A program made the translations under genes and the position numbers. The notes beneath the pieces are model-generated. The model was not told the DNA's origin and made no database searches. It was given only the letters and a program-made list of their open reading frames with translations. This document shows positions 63,345-64,000 of a DNA stretch of 64,000 bases, piece by piece; positions within the stretch are counted from its first letter, which is position 1; each line of letters opens with the position of its first letter. This stretch comes from Hypanus sabinus (Eukaryota), in assembly GCF_030144855.1 (NCBI RefSeq), contig NC_082713.1:21576001-21640000 (forward strand). The letters are read 5' to 3'.

Positions 63345-63820
63345 CATTCTATTTGTATTGGTTTATGTTGTCACATGTACTAAGAAGCAGTCAATAGCTT
63401 GTCTTTCATATGGTTTATACAAACCAAATAAGTACACGGTGCATGGAGCTAGAATAAGGTAAAAACAATAGCAATGCAGAATAAGGTGCAAAAGCTACTG
63501 AAAAAAGTGCAATGCAGGAACTAATAAAGTGAAAAATCATAGTGAGGTAAATTGGAAAGCCGAGAGTCCATTTTATAATCTGTTTGAGAGTATGATAATA
63601 GTGGGATAGAAGAGGTCTTTGAGACCTGAGGTACATGATTTCAGGCTTTTGTATCTTCTGCTAGAAGGGAGGGGGGGAAGGGGATGTCCAGGGTGGGTGG
63701 GGTCTCTGATGATGCTGACTGCTTTACTGAGGCAGCAAGAAGTATGGACAGAGTCTATAGAGGGGAGGCTGGTTCCTGAGTTACACCGAGCTGTATCCAC
63801 AGCTCTCTTGCAGTTTGCTT
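63345..63820 (-). mobile_element. Rex-type LINE 3' end
   Basis: LPSIDSVHTSCCLSKAVSIIRDPTHPGH..PLPSSRRYKSLK. Confidence 0.8.
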
Positions 63821-64000
63821 AGCGGTGATGTGTGTGCCAAGCATTTAGGAATTATGTAAAGGTTAGTCCATGGAGTTCCGAAAATGGTTACTGGAATTGT
63901 CAGGGAGTGAGGGACCAACAAGGAAAAACTGGAGAAACTGTGACTGTTCTCCTTACATCCGAAAAAGTAGACAAGAGGTGATAGAAGGCTGCTCAGATGA

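Overview
Eukaryotic, AT-rich, CpG-depleted, repeat-dense DNA. The repeat mix suggests a cartilaginous fish, probably a ray or skate (HE1-type V-SINEs, a SacSINE1/DeuSINE-like remnant, many CR1, Rex1/Babar and Penelope fragments); this is inferred from family recognition by eye. I found no intact host protein-coding gene, tRNA, rRNA or CRISPR array. Every ORF with a recognisable product is a transposon remnant: CR1 ORF1 esterase, Rex1 RT tail, Penelope RT/GIY-YIG, or Tc1, hAT and Harbinger transposase pieces. The window is therefore most likely intronic or intergenic. Structurally interesting points: (1) tiny 55-67 bp palindromic Tc1 MITEs appear to act as portable ends that build composite elements, including a MITE-cargo-MITE unit whose cargo occurs twice and a half-transposase capped by a mini-MITE that occurs 3-4 times; (2) Penelope-derived fragments carry a minimal hammerhead-ribozyme motif, one copy with an intact core; (3) a three-level nest (mariner MITE > hAT > two solo LTRs) has all target-site duplications (TSDs) readable; (4) a two-unit minisatellite with higher-order structure; (5) a CpG-rich 59-bp array beside a copy in which every array CpG has decayed. 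One 145-N gap lies at 35608-35752. Family names come from motif recognition without database searches; boundaries without TIR/TSD support are approximate.
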